Below the pieces are notes generated by a model, which had not been told where the DNA came from, did not search any database, and saw only the letters and a list, made by a program, of their open reading frames with translations. Of a DNA stretch of 64,000 nucleotides, positions 42,392-54,110 are shown piece after piece. Made by a program: the position numbers and the translations under genes. The stretch's first letter is position 1, and the number at the start of each line of letters is the position of its first letter. The DNA comes from an uncultured Actinomycetes bacterium (GTDB lineage Bacteria > Actinomycetota > Acidimicrobiia > Spongiisociales > DATADW01), in assembly GCA_963824995.1 (NCBI GenBank), contig CAWGRK010000006.1, forward strand, positions 318,273-382,272, read 5' to 3'.

Positions 42392-42432
42392 GACGGAAGG
42401 CGGAACGGAAGGCGGAAGACGGAAGGCGGAAG
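42392..42432 (+). repeat. Heptamer array (GACGGAA/GGCGGAA)
   Basis: GACGGAA GGCGGAA CGGAA GGCGGAA GACGGAA GGCGGAA. Confidence 0.8.
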
Positions 42433-42471
42433 AAAAGAGACAGAGCATGGAGTGAGGCTTGGCTAGTTCAA

Positions 42472-42507
42472 CCCGCACGACCACCTTCTCCCGCACGACC
42501 ACCTTCT
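42472..42507 (+). repeat. Perfect 18-bp tandem duplication
   Basis: CCCGCACGACCACCTTCT x2, intergenic. Confidence 0.8.
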
Positions 42508-42513
42508 ACCTAC

Positions 42514-44500
42514 TTATTCCGGGCCGCCGAGGAGGCCGGGGATGGGGGCCTCATCGCCCCGGCCGAACCGTTCCCTGGGAGCGGCTCCGATCGCCACCGC
42601 CACTGTCAGGTCGGGTCGGCGCGATGCCAGCGACGCGGCATCACCGCCAAACGTGGTGCGATGACGCCCCGCCGGGAGCACCACCAGTTCGGAGGTCCCG
42701 GCAAGATCCTGCACGGTCGCCGCCCGCGACCCATCTCCCTGCGTCACGTGGACGGTCGCCTCGGGGAGGAACTGCTGCGCAGGCCAACGTCGGGGGCACG
42801 ACACGGTGACCGGCAGGCCCGACCGGGCGAGCAGCCGGCAAACCGCCAGAGCGGCATCCAGGTCGCCGGCGTGCGACTCCCTGAGGTCGTCCTCGTTCAG
42901 CGCCAGGAGCACGCCAGAAGGCGCCTCTCCGCCCAACCTGATCGTCACCACCGGCACGGCGCAGGCGGCGACGATCTCGTCGATCCTGCTGCCGAGGAGG
43001 ACGTCCTGGATCGGAGTGAGCTGCTGCCATCCCAGCACCAGGAGCGACGCCGACCTCTCGGCGACGGTATGGAGGATCCCGGCGGTCGGGGAGGCATCGA
43101 CCCTCATCTGCAACTCGACCTCACCCCCTTCAGCCGCCGCCGGCCGGGCGGCGTCCTCGAGCAGTCGCTTGGCGTCGCTCACCGCTTCCTGGTCGGTGTC
43201 CACAAGGACGTGTGTCGCCACCACGACGCCGCCATCGGCCATGGCGAGCCGTGCGGCGAACCGCGCCAGTTGGGGTGCCGAGCCCGGGTTGGCCACCGGG
43301 ACCACGACCACCTCGCCCAGTCTGCGGGGCCGCTCCCGCGCTCCCATCCACCCGGGGAGCCCAGCGCCGCGCCGCCCACGAGGAGATCACCACGGTGACG
43401 AGGATGACCAGCAGGACCGCATTGACCACCTCCTCGTCGAACAGCCCGATCTCGAATGCGACGATGGTGGCGGCGAGGGTTGCCGCGGCGTGAGCGCCCG
43501 ACAGCCCGAACATCACCCCGATCTCGGCTCCGCTGAACCGGAAGATCCGGCCCGTCAACCATGCTGCAGCGGCCTTGGCCACCAGGATGAGGATGGAGAC
43601 GACTGCGGCCAGGAGCACCGTGCTCGGGTCGGCGACCACCGCCGGGTCCACCAGCATCCCTACCGAGATCAGGAATAGCGGGACCAGCAGGGCGGCGCCG
43701 ACGAACTCGATGCTCTGCATGAGAGTCCCCCGGTTCGGCACCAGGCGGTTGAGCGCCAGGCCGGCGAAGAAGGACCCGACGATCGGCTCGACCCCGAGCA
43801 GATCTCCCAGCGCGGCGGCGGAGAGGAACCCGGCGAGGACGAAGACGAACCGGAGCACCGGCTCCTGACCCAGGCCGGCGAAGAACCACCTTGCCACCCT
43901 CGGCAGCACCCAGATGCAGTAGGCGGTCAACACAGCCAGCCCCAGGAAAAGCCGGAGCACGACATCGAGACCGCCGCCGGCGCTGGACAGGCCAACCACC
44001 ACCCCGAGTGAGGCGAGTGCCACCGTGTCGGTGATGACGGTCGCTCCGACCGTGCTCGCCACCGCCCGGTTCCCCACCAACCCATACCGGCGCACCACCG
44101 GGTAGGCGACGAGGGTCTGGCTGGCGAAGAGCAGCCCGAGGACCACCGCCTCCGCTGCGGCGAAGCCAAAGGCCCAGCCGACCCCCGCCCCGGTGGCGAA
44201 GGGGATGATGAAGGTGAGCGCGCCGAATACCCCTGCGGCGCGCCGGTAGTGGTAGAGCTCGTCTATGTCGAGTTCGAGGCCGGCGAGGAACATCAGGTAG
44301 AGGAGGCCGAGGCCGCCCAGTTGCTCGACGGTTCCGCTCCGCTCGAGGAGCCCGGTGACGTGCGGTCCGAGCACGAGGCCGGCGAGGACCAGCCCGACGA
44401 TCCCCGGCAACCTGATCCGCTCGGCCAGCAGCGGCGACACCAGGATGGCGACCGCGAGGACGAGAAAGACCCAGGCGGGGTCGGTCAGCGGCAGCGTCAC
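42514..44500 (-). CDS. Cation:proton antiporter with C-terminal USP-like domains; frameshift near 43345
   Basis: RLPGIVGLVLAGLVLGP, LMFLAGLELD, GATVITD, EPIVGSFFAGL; then VVVPVANPGSA, LLVLGW. Confidence 0.9.
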
Positions 44501-44502
44501 CG

Positions 44503-45539
44503 TTACCCGGCGAGCTCGGCCATGGTGCGAAGAGTCGCCAGGTCGGTGGTAGCGACCAGCAACTGGGTGGCGCCCGACTCGGCGTAGGCGTCGAGTCGGT
44601 CGCGGATCCGCTCCGCCGGGCCGACGAGCGACACCTCGTCGATCAACTCGTCGGGGACCGCCAGCATCGGCCTCACCCTTGCGTCCCTCGAGAAAGGCGT
44701 TCTGGACCCGCTCCACCGCATCGCCATAGCCGTAGCGGGTGGCGAGGTCGGCATAGAAGTTGCGTCCCCGCGCCCCGATCCCGCCTAGATACAGCGCGAG
44801 CATCGGTCTCATCGTGTCACGGCCGCCGGCGAGGTCGTCGGTCACCAGCGTCTGCACCGTCGGTGCGATCTCGAAGCGCGCCGTCTTCGAGCTGTCGCCG
44901 GACCGGGAAAACCCACGGTCGAGCGCCGCGCCGAATTCCTCACCGGCCCGGCTCGGGCGACCAGAAGACCGGCAGCCAGCCATCGGCGATCTCTGCAGCC
45001 AGTTCGACGTTGCGGGGGCCGATGGCGGCGAGATAGACGGGCATGTCGGGGTTCCGGGGATGGCCGATCAGCTTGAGCGGCTTGCCGAGACCGGTGGCCC
45101 CCGGACCCCGGTAGGGGATGCTGAGCTGCTCGCCGTGGTGCTCGAGCGGCTCCTCACGGCGGAGTATCCGCCGTACGACGTCCACATACTCCCGGGTCAG
45201 TTGCAGTGGCTTCCCGTAGGGAACCCCATGCCAGCCCTCGACCACCTGCGGTCCCGAGACCCCGAGACCGAGAAGCATCCGGCCACCGCTCAGCTCATCG
45301 AGCGTCACGGCGGTCATCGCCGTCATCGCTGGTGTGCGGGCGTGCATCTGGAGGATGGCCGATCCCACCCGGATTCGGTTGGTGCGGGCCGCGATCCAGG
45401 TGAGCACCGTCACCGCATCCGCACCGTATGCCTCAGCCGCCCACACCGAGTCGTAACCCAGGCGTTCGGCTTCGATGACCAAGTCGAGCCCCGGTCCCAT
45501 GCCGGCGCCCCAGTAGCCGATGTTGAGCCCGAGCCGCAT
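44503..45539 (-). CDS. LLM-class F420-dependent oxidoreductase; frameshifted
   Basis: [48 protein letters not shown]. Confidence 0.9.
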
Positions 45540-45600
45540 GTGGGTCTCCTCGTCTCCCAGCGCATCTGCCCGGCCTGGGGGCGGGCTACATTATCGGTCC

Positions 45601-46395
45601 GTGCACCCGTCCCCGGGCCGCCGGCTCACCCTCGCCCTTCCCGTGATCATCGCGGGCGCCCTGGCCGCCACCCTGGTTCAGGCACTGCGCGCCGGATACA
45701 GACGCGACCTGCCCACCTTCGAGGGATACGACCCCTCTGGCGACTTCGGCTCACCCGAGGACCCCTTGATCCGCATCGTCGCCCTGGGGGACAGCGCCCT
45801 CACCGGTCCCGGTCTCGTCGATCCGGACGACATCTGGCTCCGCCAGGTCTGCCGGGCGCTCGCCACCGACCGGAGCATCGGGCCTTGGCGAATCGAACTG
45901 CGCTGTCTCGCCACCGGGGGACGCGCGCCGGCGATGTGCTCGCCCACCAACTCGAGGCCGCCGAAGCGCTCCGGCCCGACATTTCCTTTCTCGCCGTGGG
46001 AACCAACGACGTGACCCATCGCACGCCGCCCCGGCTGTTCATCGCCCAACTCTCCGAGATCGTCGAGCGACTGGCGGCATGCTCGGGCGTGGTGGTCCTA
46101 CCCGGAATGGGCGACCTGGGAACGGTGCCGCGGGCCGGCTTCCCGCTCAGTTCACTGCTCACCACCTGGTCGGCGGTCATAAACAACATCCAGGAGCGCG
46201 CCGCCACCAGGCACGACAACGTCTGGCTGATCCCGATGCGCCGCCTCACCACGGCGGCCTTCCGTAGGGAGAACGTCTTCAGCCCTGACAGGTACCACCC
46301 AAACGTCGCCGGGCACACAGTGTGGGCCGAGGCAGCCATCCCGTGGTTTCCGCGAGGTGATCGACACCATCGGCGATCGGGCGCCGGCGAGGTGA
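45601..46395 (+). CDS. SGNH/GDSL hydrolase family protein; frameshifted
   Basis: VALGDS, VGTNDV, FSPDRYHPNVAGH. Confidence 0.85.
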
Positions 46396-47192
46396 TCGGC
46401 CGCCGCCGACTGGCGACTGTGCTCATCACGCTCGGATGGGTGGGGGCGGTGGCGACGATCGTAGGGGTGGTGCTCGGATGGCGGCTGACCGACTCGCTGA
46501 TCAAGTCGGTCGAGGACACCGCGGCCCTGGTGGACACATCGCTCCAGACGGTGGACGAGTCGGCGCTGCTCCTCTCGGATGCCCTTGGCGATGTGGGACC
46601 CGGACTCGAATCGGCCGAGACGGTGCTGGCAAGCGCTGCGGAGACGGTATCCGGGATGCAGTCCATGGCCACCGACACCGCCGATGTCATGACGACGACC
46701 CTTCCCGACAGCGTATCGGCGGTGCTCGATGCCCTCCCCGGGCTCATCTCGACGGCGGGGGTGCTCGACAGGACCCTTTCCGCACTATCCGTGGTCGGGG
46801 TCGACTACGACCCCGAAGTACCGCTCGACGAGGCGTTGACCGAGTTGCAGGACAGCCTCGAAGGGCTACCCGAACAACTCATCACCGAAGGGGAACAACT
46901 CGACTCGTTGGCAGAGGAGACCGCCGGTCTCCCCGACGAGGTGGCTGCACTCGGTACCGCGGTGGGTGATCTGGCCGATCAGGTCGGCTCGGCGCAGACG
47001 CTCCTCGATGAGGTCCAAACATCGACGTCGCAGGCACGTGAGACCCTGAATGACGAGGTCGCCGAATTGGCCCGGACCCGCCGCCTCGCAAAGCTGGCAC
47101 TGGTGGCGCTCGGGATTGCGCTGTTCGTCGCCCAATTGGGCACCGCCGCTGTCGGCCACCTCATGAGGCAGTGGGGGACGCCACCTGGATGA
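46392..47192 (+). CDS. Hypothetical membrane protein with long helical region between two TM segments
   Basis: N- and C-terminal hydrophobic helices, central GVDYDPEVPL; GTGA/ATGA coupling to neighbours. Confidence 0.7.
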   Translation: MIGRRRLATVLITLGWVGAVATIVGVVLGWRLTDSLIKSVEDTAALVDTSLQTVDESALLLSDALGDVGPGLESAETVLASAAETVSGMQSMATDTADVMTTTLPDSVSAVLDALPGLISTAGVLDRTLSALSVVGVDYDPEVPLDEALTELQDSLEGLPEQLITEGEQLDSLAEETAGLPDEVAALGTAVGDLADQVGSAQTLLDEVQTSTSQARETLNDEVAELARTRRLAKLALVALGIALFVAQLGTAAVGHLMRQWGTPPG

Positions 47193-47614
47193 GCCCCACG
47201 CTCGATCGGGCGGAGGCGCACCGGAGACTGATGGCCGCCGAGTTCGGGGTGCTGGCGACGATCACGCCGGAAGGCTCGCCCCACGCCGTACCCATCACCT
47301 TTGCCATTCTCGACGACCTGGTGGTGACCGCGGTGGATCACAAGCCGAAGCGGTCGGCCCGCCTCCAGCGGGTCGTCAACCTGGAGATGACGCCGACGGC
47401 TTGTCTTCTCGTCCACGCCGACGACCCCGACTGGGACCGGCTGTGGTGGGCGCGCGCCGACCTGAGAGGCGGCCCGGTTACCGACCCCGGCCTGCGCGAG
47501 CGGGCGCTGGCCGCGCTGGTCGGGAAATACCAGCAGTATCGGGCGCATCCGCCCGGCGGCGCGGTCCTCGGTCTGCGGATCGAGCGCATCACTGCATGGG
47601 CGGCCCGGCGTTGA
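47189..47614 (+). CDS. PPOX-class F420-dependent oxidoreductase (TIGR03668-like)
   Basis: LATITPEGSPHAVPITFA, AVDHKPK, DWDRLWWARAD, KYQQY. Confidence 0.88.
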   Translation: MSPTLDRAEAHRRLMAAEFGVLATITPEGSPHAVPITFAILDDLVVTAVDHKPKRSARLQRVVNLEMTPTACLLVHADDPDWDRLWWARADLRGGPVTDPGLRERALAALVGKYQQYRAHPPGGAVLGLRIERITAWAARR

Positions 47615-47645
47615 GCACCACCCTGGGTCGCTACCCTCGGCACGC

Positions 47646-48383
47646 ATGACGCTGCTGGCGGCCGTGCGGTCGTTCTTCACCCTGGTCGCCGGGGTCGCCG
47701 CCACCATCCTCTGCTCGCTCGCCGCCCTCGTCGTCTCGGCGATTCGGCCCGGCTCGCCATTGCTGGAGCGGGTAATCCGGACCTGGGGAATGGTGTGGAT
47801 TCGGGCTGCTGGGGTGAAGGTGGTGGTCGAGGGAGCAGAGAAGGTTGATGCGACGCGCTCCTATGTCGTGGTCGGGAACCATCTATCCGCCTACGACATC
47901 TTCGTCCACGTATCCGCCTTGCCGGTCCCGGTGAGGTTCCTCGCCAAGGCCGAGTTGTTCCGGATCCCGCTCTTCGCCCAGGCCATGAGGGCGGTCGGGA
48001 TGATCGAGGTAGACCGCAAGGCGGGTGCATCGATCCACAAGCAGGTGAGCCGCGACGCCCGCAACGCCATCGCCATGGGACGGTCGATCATCGTCTACCC
48101 AGAGGGCACGAGGGCGCGGGGCGGTGACCTGGCCTCGTTCAAGAAGGGAGCATTCACGATTGCCGTGGACAACGACCTCGCCGTCCTACCAGTGACCATC
48201 CAAGGAACGCTCGAGGTATGGCGGCCGGGGAGGAGAGTCATCAACCCCGGCGTGGTTCATCTCGTGATATCTCCCCCGCTCGAGGTGCACCCCGGCGATC
48301 CCCGCGAGGCCGAGCGGCTGCGGAACGCGGCACGCGCCGCGATCGCCGAAAACTACGAGCGGCTCCGGCCCGTGGTGGCGTGA
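47646..48383 (+). CDS. 1-acyl-sn-glycerol-3-phosphate acyltransferase (PlsC family)
   Basis: NHLSAYD, FLAKAELF, YPEGTR, FKKGAF. Confidence 0.92.
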   Translation: MTLLAAVRSFFTLVAGVAATILCSLAALVVSAIRPGSPLLERVIRTWGMVWIRAAGVKVVVEGAEKVDATRSYVVVGNHLSAYDIFVHVSALPVPVRFLAKAELFRIPLFAQAMRAVGMIEVDRKAGASIHKQVSRDARNAIAMGRSIIVYPEGTRARGGDLASFKKGAFTIAVDNDLAVLPVTIQGTLEVWRPGRRVINPGVVHLVISPPLEVHPGDPREAERLRNAARAAIAENYERLRPVVA

Positions 48384-48394
48384 TCCCGCCGGGG

Positions 48395-48796
48395 ATGGAT
48401 CGGCCCATCGGGTGGTGGGTCAAGGAGGTCGACCGGCTGCTGACCGAGGCACTCGACACCGCGCTCGAGCGAGAGAGCCTCGACCGGACCGGCTGGCAGG
48501 TGCTCAACACGGTGGCGACCGACGGTCGTGTCAGGCGCGAGGAGGTGGCCGCCGCCCTCTCCAGTTTCGCCGATGAAGACTCGGTCGCCGCCATGATCGG
48601 GAGCTTGTCGGCGCGGGGGTGGGCGACCGACACCGACCCGGTCGAGGTGACCGAGCAAGGAAGGGCTGCCCACGCCGATCTGCTCGCCACCGTGACCAGG
48701 GTGCGCCGAGCGGCCGTGGACGGGATAGAGGCCGAGGAGTACCAGACCACCGTCCGCACATTGGCGCGGATGGTGGAGAACCTCTCTCAGTCGTAG
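48395..48796 (+). CDS. MarR family transcriptional regulator
   Basis: RPIGWWVKEVDRL, WQVLNTV, LSARGW, VTEQGRA, LARMVENL. Confidence 0.8.
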   Translation: MDRPIGWWVKEVDRLLTEALDTALERESLDRTGWQVLNTVATDGRVRREEVAAALSSFADEDSVAAMIGSLSARGWATDTDPVEVTEQGRAAHADLLATVTRVRRAAVDGIEAEEYQTTVRTLARMVENLSQS

Positions 48797-50301
48797 ACAC
48801 CCACCAGGTAGGTGCGGCCCTCGCGTACCAAGCAGAGGAAGGCGCCAGCGCTGGTGACGATCTGGTACCGATCCGCCGCCACCTCGCCCTTCCACCATCG
48901 ACCGGTGAGCCGCCATGGGCCCGCCCACGAGCTCACCGGCTCCCATCGTGACCCGAGCCGGACACGAACCGGCATTCCCTCCTCCCACTCGACTTCGAGG
49001 ATCGGCGGATCGGGAGGTGCCAGCGCCGGAGTGGGAGCCGGGGTGGTGCCGGGCCAAGGATCTCCCGGGTCTCGCTCTGCAGGTCCAACCGGCTCTCCCC
49101 ATGGCCGCCAATGGACCCGGTCCCCCGGCAGCCGGCCTCCCTGCGGCCTGGCCACCAGCACCGACTCCGCCCCAAGCACCGCCTGGGCTCGAGCGAGCGA
49201 TCGCTCCGCTTCCATTCGCGCCGGTATCACCTCCTGCCAACGCCCCCACGCCTCGCTGTCGCCTGTGCCCCACAGGTGCTCCAACATCGGGAGTTGGCGA
49301 CCCTCACCGGATAGATCGTCTGGAGCGAGACGAAGCCGAACCACTCCTCCGGCGACTCCCCCCGACTCGATCCAGGCACGCAACTGCCACCACACCCGAT
49401 CGGCGAGCGCCGACTCGGTGAAGGGATCGGCGCTGCGCCACACCCGGTGACGCAGCGACCCGTCACCAGCCTCCGCTTCCACGACCACCAGATGAGCCGC
49501 CACCCCGAGCCGAGCCAATCCGCTCACCAACCGGTGGGTGAGCCGTCGTGCGGCGAAACCTGCCTGGTCGAGTGTCTCCAAGGGATCCTCGAATCGCTGT
49601 TCCACCGCGGGGTCATCGGGGAGCAGCCGGGGAACCGGGGCGCGATCCTCCCCGGCTGCCAAGCGGTGGACCTCGATCCCCTGCCGCCCGAACCGGGAGG
49701 CGAGAGCCGCCCGCGGCAGGCTGGAGAGCTCGCCGAGGGTGGTGATACCCAACCAGCGGAGCGTCGCCACCAGGTCGGAATCACCCAGTGCTCCGACCTC
49801 GAGCGATGCGAGGAATCCGCCGTCGTCTCTCACCACCATGACATCGCCGTCCTCGACGGCGGCGGCGGCGCACCGGGCGGCGAAGGGGCCACCGGCCACC
49901 CCCATCCTCCCGCCGTGGGGGCCTATCGCGGCATGCACCCGCTCCACGACCTCGGCTTCGCTCCCGTAGTAGCGGACCGCACCCTGGAGGGGGACGAAGA
50001 CCAATCCGGGCTCAGCCACCTCTACACGGGGGATCACATCCTCCACGGCCGAGACCATCATCTCGAAACCGATCGCCTCCACCTCGGGCAGTCGGTCGAG
50101 GACGACCCCGGTGGGGCAGAGCGCCTCTGCCTGACGGCGGAGCATCCCCGCCTCCACACCGGCGGCGGCAGCGAGTGCATTGCAGGCCACCACACGCTGC
50201 CCGCCGGTGGCGGGTTCCACCACCAGACAGGGTCTATCCGGCGGCGCGTCCGGCCGGCGCAGCGGCCAGTCCGGAAACCAAACGCAGAGCGTCCGTGCCA
50301 T
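48787..50301 (-). CDS. imuB: ImuB, Y-family polymerase-like mutasome component
   Basis: CVWFPDWPL, GMLRRQAEALCP, VEVAEPGL, LGITTLGEL, WAGPWRLTGRWW; downstream of imuA'. Confidence 0.9.
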   Translation of the reverse strand: MARTLCVWFPDWPLRRPDAPPDRPCLVVEPATGGQRVVACNALAAAAGVEAGMLRRQAEALCPTGVVLDRLPEVEAIGFEMMVSAVEDVIPRVEVAEPGLVFVPLQGAVRYYGSEAEVVERVHAAIGPHGGRMGVAGGPFAARCAAAAVEDGDVMVVRDDGGFLASLEVGALGDSDLVATLRWLGITTLGELSSLPRAALASRFGRQGIEVHRLAAGEDRAPVPRLLPDDPAVEQRFEDPLETLDQAGFAARRLTHRLVSGLARLGVAAHLVVVEAEAGDGSLRHRVWRSADPFTESALADRVWWQLRAWIESGGVAGGVVRLRLAPDDLSGEGRQLPMLEHLWGTGDSEAWGRWQEVIPARMEAERSLARAQAVLGAESVLVARPQGGRLPGDRVHWRPWGEPVGPAERDPGDPWPGTTPAPTPALAPPDPPILEVEWEEGMPVRVRLGSRWEPVSSWAGPWRLTGRWWKGEVAADRYQIVTSAGAFLCLVREGRTYLVGVYD

Positions 50302-50857
50302 CGTCCTCCACCATCAGCTGACGGTCCATCCCCGCCGCTCCCTTGCCCGATGCCTGCAGAGTGAGCAGGCGTTCCCGCAACCGTCCGTGTCCCTGGCCGG
50401 TCCCATCCCATGCCACCCCCTCCGCCCTGACCCGGATGTGCGCCACCCCGTCGGGGAGATCGCCGCGGAGTGGACGGAGCACCAGACCCGAGCGCCGCGC
50501 CCGGGCCAGCGCCCCCAGTCTCCGCAGTTGGTGATCGCCCACTCCCGGGGGGACCTCGGCATAGACCGCCCGGACCCCCTCGAGCAATGCGGCCACAACC
50601 GCCGGCCATACCCGGCTCTGCGGGCAGCGGACGACCACCAGGCGTTCCGGTTCGATCCCCACCTCCCATGCCGCCGGCGGGCACAGCCAGCCGCGCACAT
50701 CGATTGCGACCACCGGGGCAAGACGGGCGGGGGGAGCCAGCATGGCCAAACCCAGACGGGTGAGACCGCTCCCCGGAGAGCCCACCAGGCCCACCACCCA
50801 CCCCGGACGGAGTTGAAGCAGATCGTGCATCGGAAGATCGGACTGGGTCTGGTTCAA
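50234..50857 (-). CDS. ImuA'-like (RecA/SulA-like) protein; start uncertain (50830-50866)
   Basis: Degenerate P-loop GSPGSGLT, GIEPERLVVVRCP, LRRLGALARARRS, GTGQGHGRL; overlaps imuB. Confidence 0.82.
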   Translation of the reverse strand: MNQTQSDLPMHDLLQLRPGWVVGLVGSPGSGLTRLGLAMLAPPARLAPVVAIDVRGWLCPPAAWEVGIEPERLVVVRCPQSRVWPAVVAALLEGVRAVYAEVPPGVGDHQLRRLGALARARRSGLVLRPLRGDLPDGVAHIRVRAEGVAWDGTGQGHGRLRERLLTLQASGKGAAGMDRQLMVEDDGTDALRLVSGLAAAPAGRAAG

Positions 50858-50867
50858 GGCGATCATC

Positions 50868-50896
50868 AATCTATCGAACATATGTTCGATGGGCAA
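50868..50896 (-). promoter_or_regulatory. SigA-type promoter with a perfect LexA box in its spacer
   Basis: Minus strand TTGCCC-17 nt-TAGATT; spacer contains TCGAAC-ATAT-GTTCGA (50874-50889). Confidence 0.9.
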
Positions 50897-50963
50897 CCGA
50901 TGAATCGAGGGTTGTGCCGCACCCTCACCGGGTATGAGTTCCCCACTGTCACCGAGGAGGGCC

Positions 50964-51345
50964 ATGTCGGACGATCGCTACCCGGACCAGGATGATGACG
51001 AGCTCGTAGTCGAAGAGATCGTCATCGAGGACATCGACGTGCAGCCGGAGCCTCCGGCCGGAGAGCCGCTGCTCCAGACCGAGGGTCAAGAGCTACTGCT
51101 GGAGGAGGAGGGTGGTCCCGACTACGCCCGTGGGCAGGAGCTGCTCCCCGAGAGTGAGGTTCGCCCCGACTTCGCCCGTGGCCAGGAGGAGGATGACCCC
51201 AGGGTCCGACAAGGCCGACTACGCCCGCGGCCAGCGGGAGGATGAGCGGGACCCCAACGCACCCGATTTCGCCCGCGGCCAGCGAGAGGGCGAGTTGCTC
51301 GACGCCGAATTGCTCGAAGAGGACCAGCCCTCGACGCAGACCTGA
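50964..51345 (+). CDS. Acidic hypothetical protein with 16-aa PD(Y/F)ARGQ repeats; one +1 indel near 51205
   Basis: SD GAGGAGG; repeats at 51117, 51165, 51214, 51262 with synonymous third-position variation. Confidence 0.7.
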
Positions 51346-51355
51346 AACCAGGAGA

Positions 51356-52255
51356 TCAACCTCGACGCTGCTCCTCGAGTTCATCGAGGGTCCGGGGCCA
51401 ATCGTCTTTGAGCAGACGGGAAAGCGAACGGTCGGCCAGCAGCCGGCCGTTCGTCTGGCAGGTGGCGCAGTAGTTGGTCTCGTTGTCGGCGTAGGCGATC
51501 CTCTGCACCGCCGAACCGCATCGCGGGCACGGTTCGTTGAACTTGCCGTGGACCGCCATTTCCTTTCGGAAGGCGGTGACCCTCTCGGGCCACCCCTCCC
51601 CCACCTGCAGGCGAAGCAACTCGGTCCACTTGTTCAACTGCTCGTGGACCGCCAAACGGAGCCGCTCCACCTCCTCGTCGCTCAGTTGACCGGTGCGGGT
51701 GGCCGGCGAGAGGCGCGCCTCCCAAAGGATCTCGTCGGAGTATGAATTCCCGATCCCGGAAAATATGCGGGGGTCGGTGAGCGCCCGCTTCAAGGTGCGG
51801 TTCTCCTTCCGCAGCGCGGCGGCGAACTCAGTGGGATCCGCTTCGAGTGGCTCGATGCCGCCACGATCCTCGGTCGCCACCGCCTCGGCGCCACGCAGCA
51901 CCCATATTCCAGCCCGCCGTTTCGAGCCTTGCTCGGTGAGGATCAGTGTGCCCTCGGCGAAGTCGAGCGCGGCGAGCCCCACCTTCTTGGGCACCGCGGT
52001 TCCCGGGGGCTTCCACCGCAGCCGCCCGGCGATCATGAGGTGGTATACGACGAAGAGGTCGTCCTCCAACTCGAGAACGATCCTCTTTCCGACGCGGCGC
52101 AGTCCGATGACCTTCTTCCCGATCACGGCGTCGTACGGCGGGTCATAGGTGCGTAGTACCGCGGGCGACGCCACCCGCATCCCGGTCACCTCCTGACCGA
52201 GCACCCGTTTCTCCAGAGCCTCGATGTAGACCACGATGTCGGGAAGCTCGGGCAC
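51356..52255 (-). CDS. Fpg/Nei family DNA glycosylase
   Basis: MPELPD, HLMIAG, SGIGNSYSDE, CPRC...CATC zinc finger. Confidence 0.93.
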   Translation of the reverse strand: MPELPDIVVYIEALEKRVLGQEVTGMRVASPAVLRTYDPPYDAVIGKKVIGLRRVGKRIVLELEDDLFVVYHLMIAGRLRWKPPGTAVPKKVGLAALDFAEGTLILTEQGSKRRAGIWVLRGAEAVATEDRGGIEPLEADPTEFAAALRKENRTLKRALTDPRIFSGIGNSYSDEILWEARLSPATRTGQLSDEEVERLRLAVHEQLNKWTELLRLQVGEGWPERVTAFRKEMAVHGKFNEPCPRCGSAVQRIAYADNETNYCATCQTNGRLLADRSLSRLLKDDWPRTLDELEEQRRG

Positions 52256-52304
52256 GTCGGCGAGGGTAACGGAGGCCCCGGCAGGGCACTACCGTCGCCG
52301 CCCA

Positions 52305-53978
<1,674 letters not shown>

Positions 53979-54065
53979 GGCCCGTAACGGCCCCGCCGCC
54001 TTTCTTGCGTGACAGGAGTACCTATTCGGTTCCTCAGCCGGGCAGGAACGGGACTGGCGCGAGAA

Positions 54066-54086
54066 GGGCGGCCCGGAGAGCCGCCC
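54066..54086. terminator. GC-rich hairpin between convergent ettA and pnp
   Basis: GGGCGGC-CCGGAGA-GCCGCCC. Confidence 0.5.
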
Positions 54087-54110
54087 CAACTCTGCTCGGA
54101 TCCGGAACGG

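Noticed and set aside
43130..44983. Apparent LLM oxidoreductase-antiporter fusion
   Set aside because: The LLM C-terminus continues in another frame to a stop at 44503; indel artefact.
44760..47192. Apparent SGNH hydrolase-membrane protein fusion in the 810-aa ORF
   Set aside because: A GTGA stop/start overlap at 46392-46395 and an upstream indel explain it as two coupled genes.
51069..51290. 48-nt periodic repeats as a mini CRISPR array
   Set aside because: Repeats vary at synonymous codon positions, are not palindromic, keep a multiple-of-three period, and no cas genes are present.
52263..52285. PafBC-like motif upstream of the second fpg/nei
   Set aside because: TGCCGG with 9-nt spacing deviates in both sequence and spacing.
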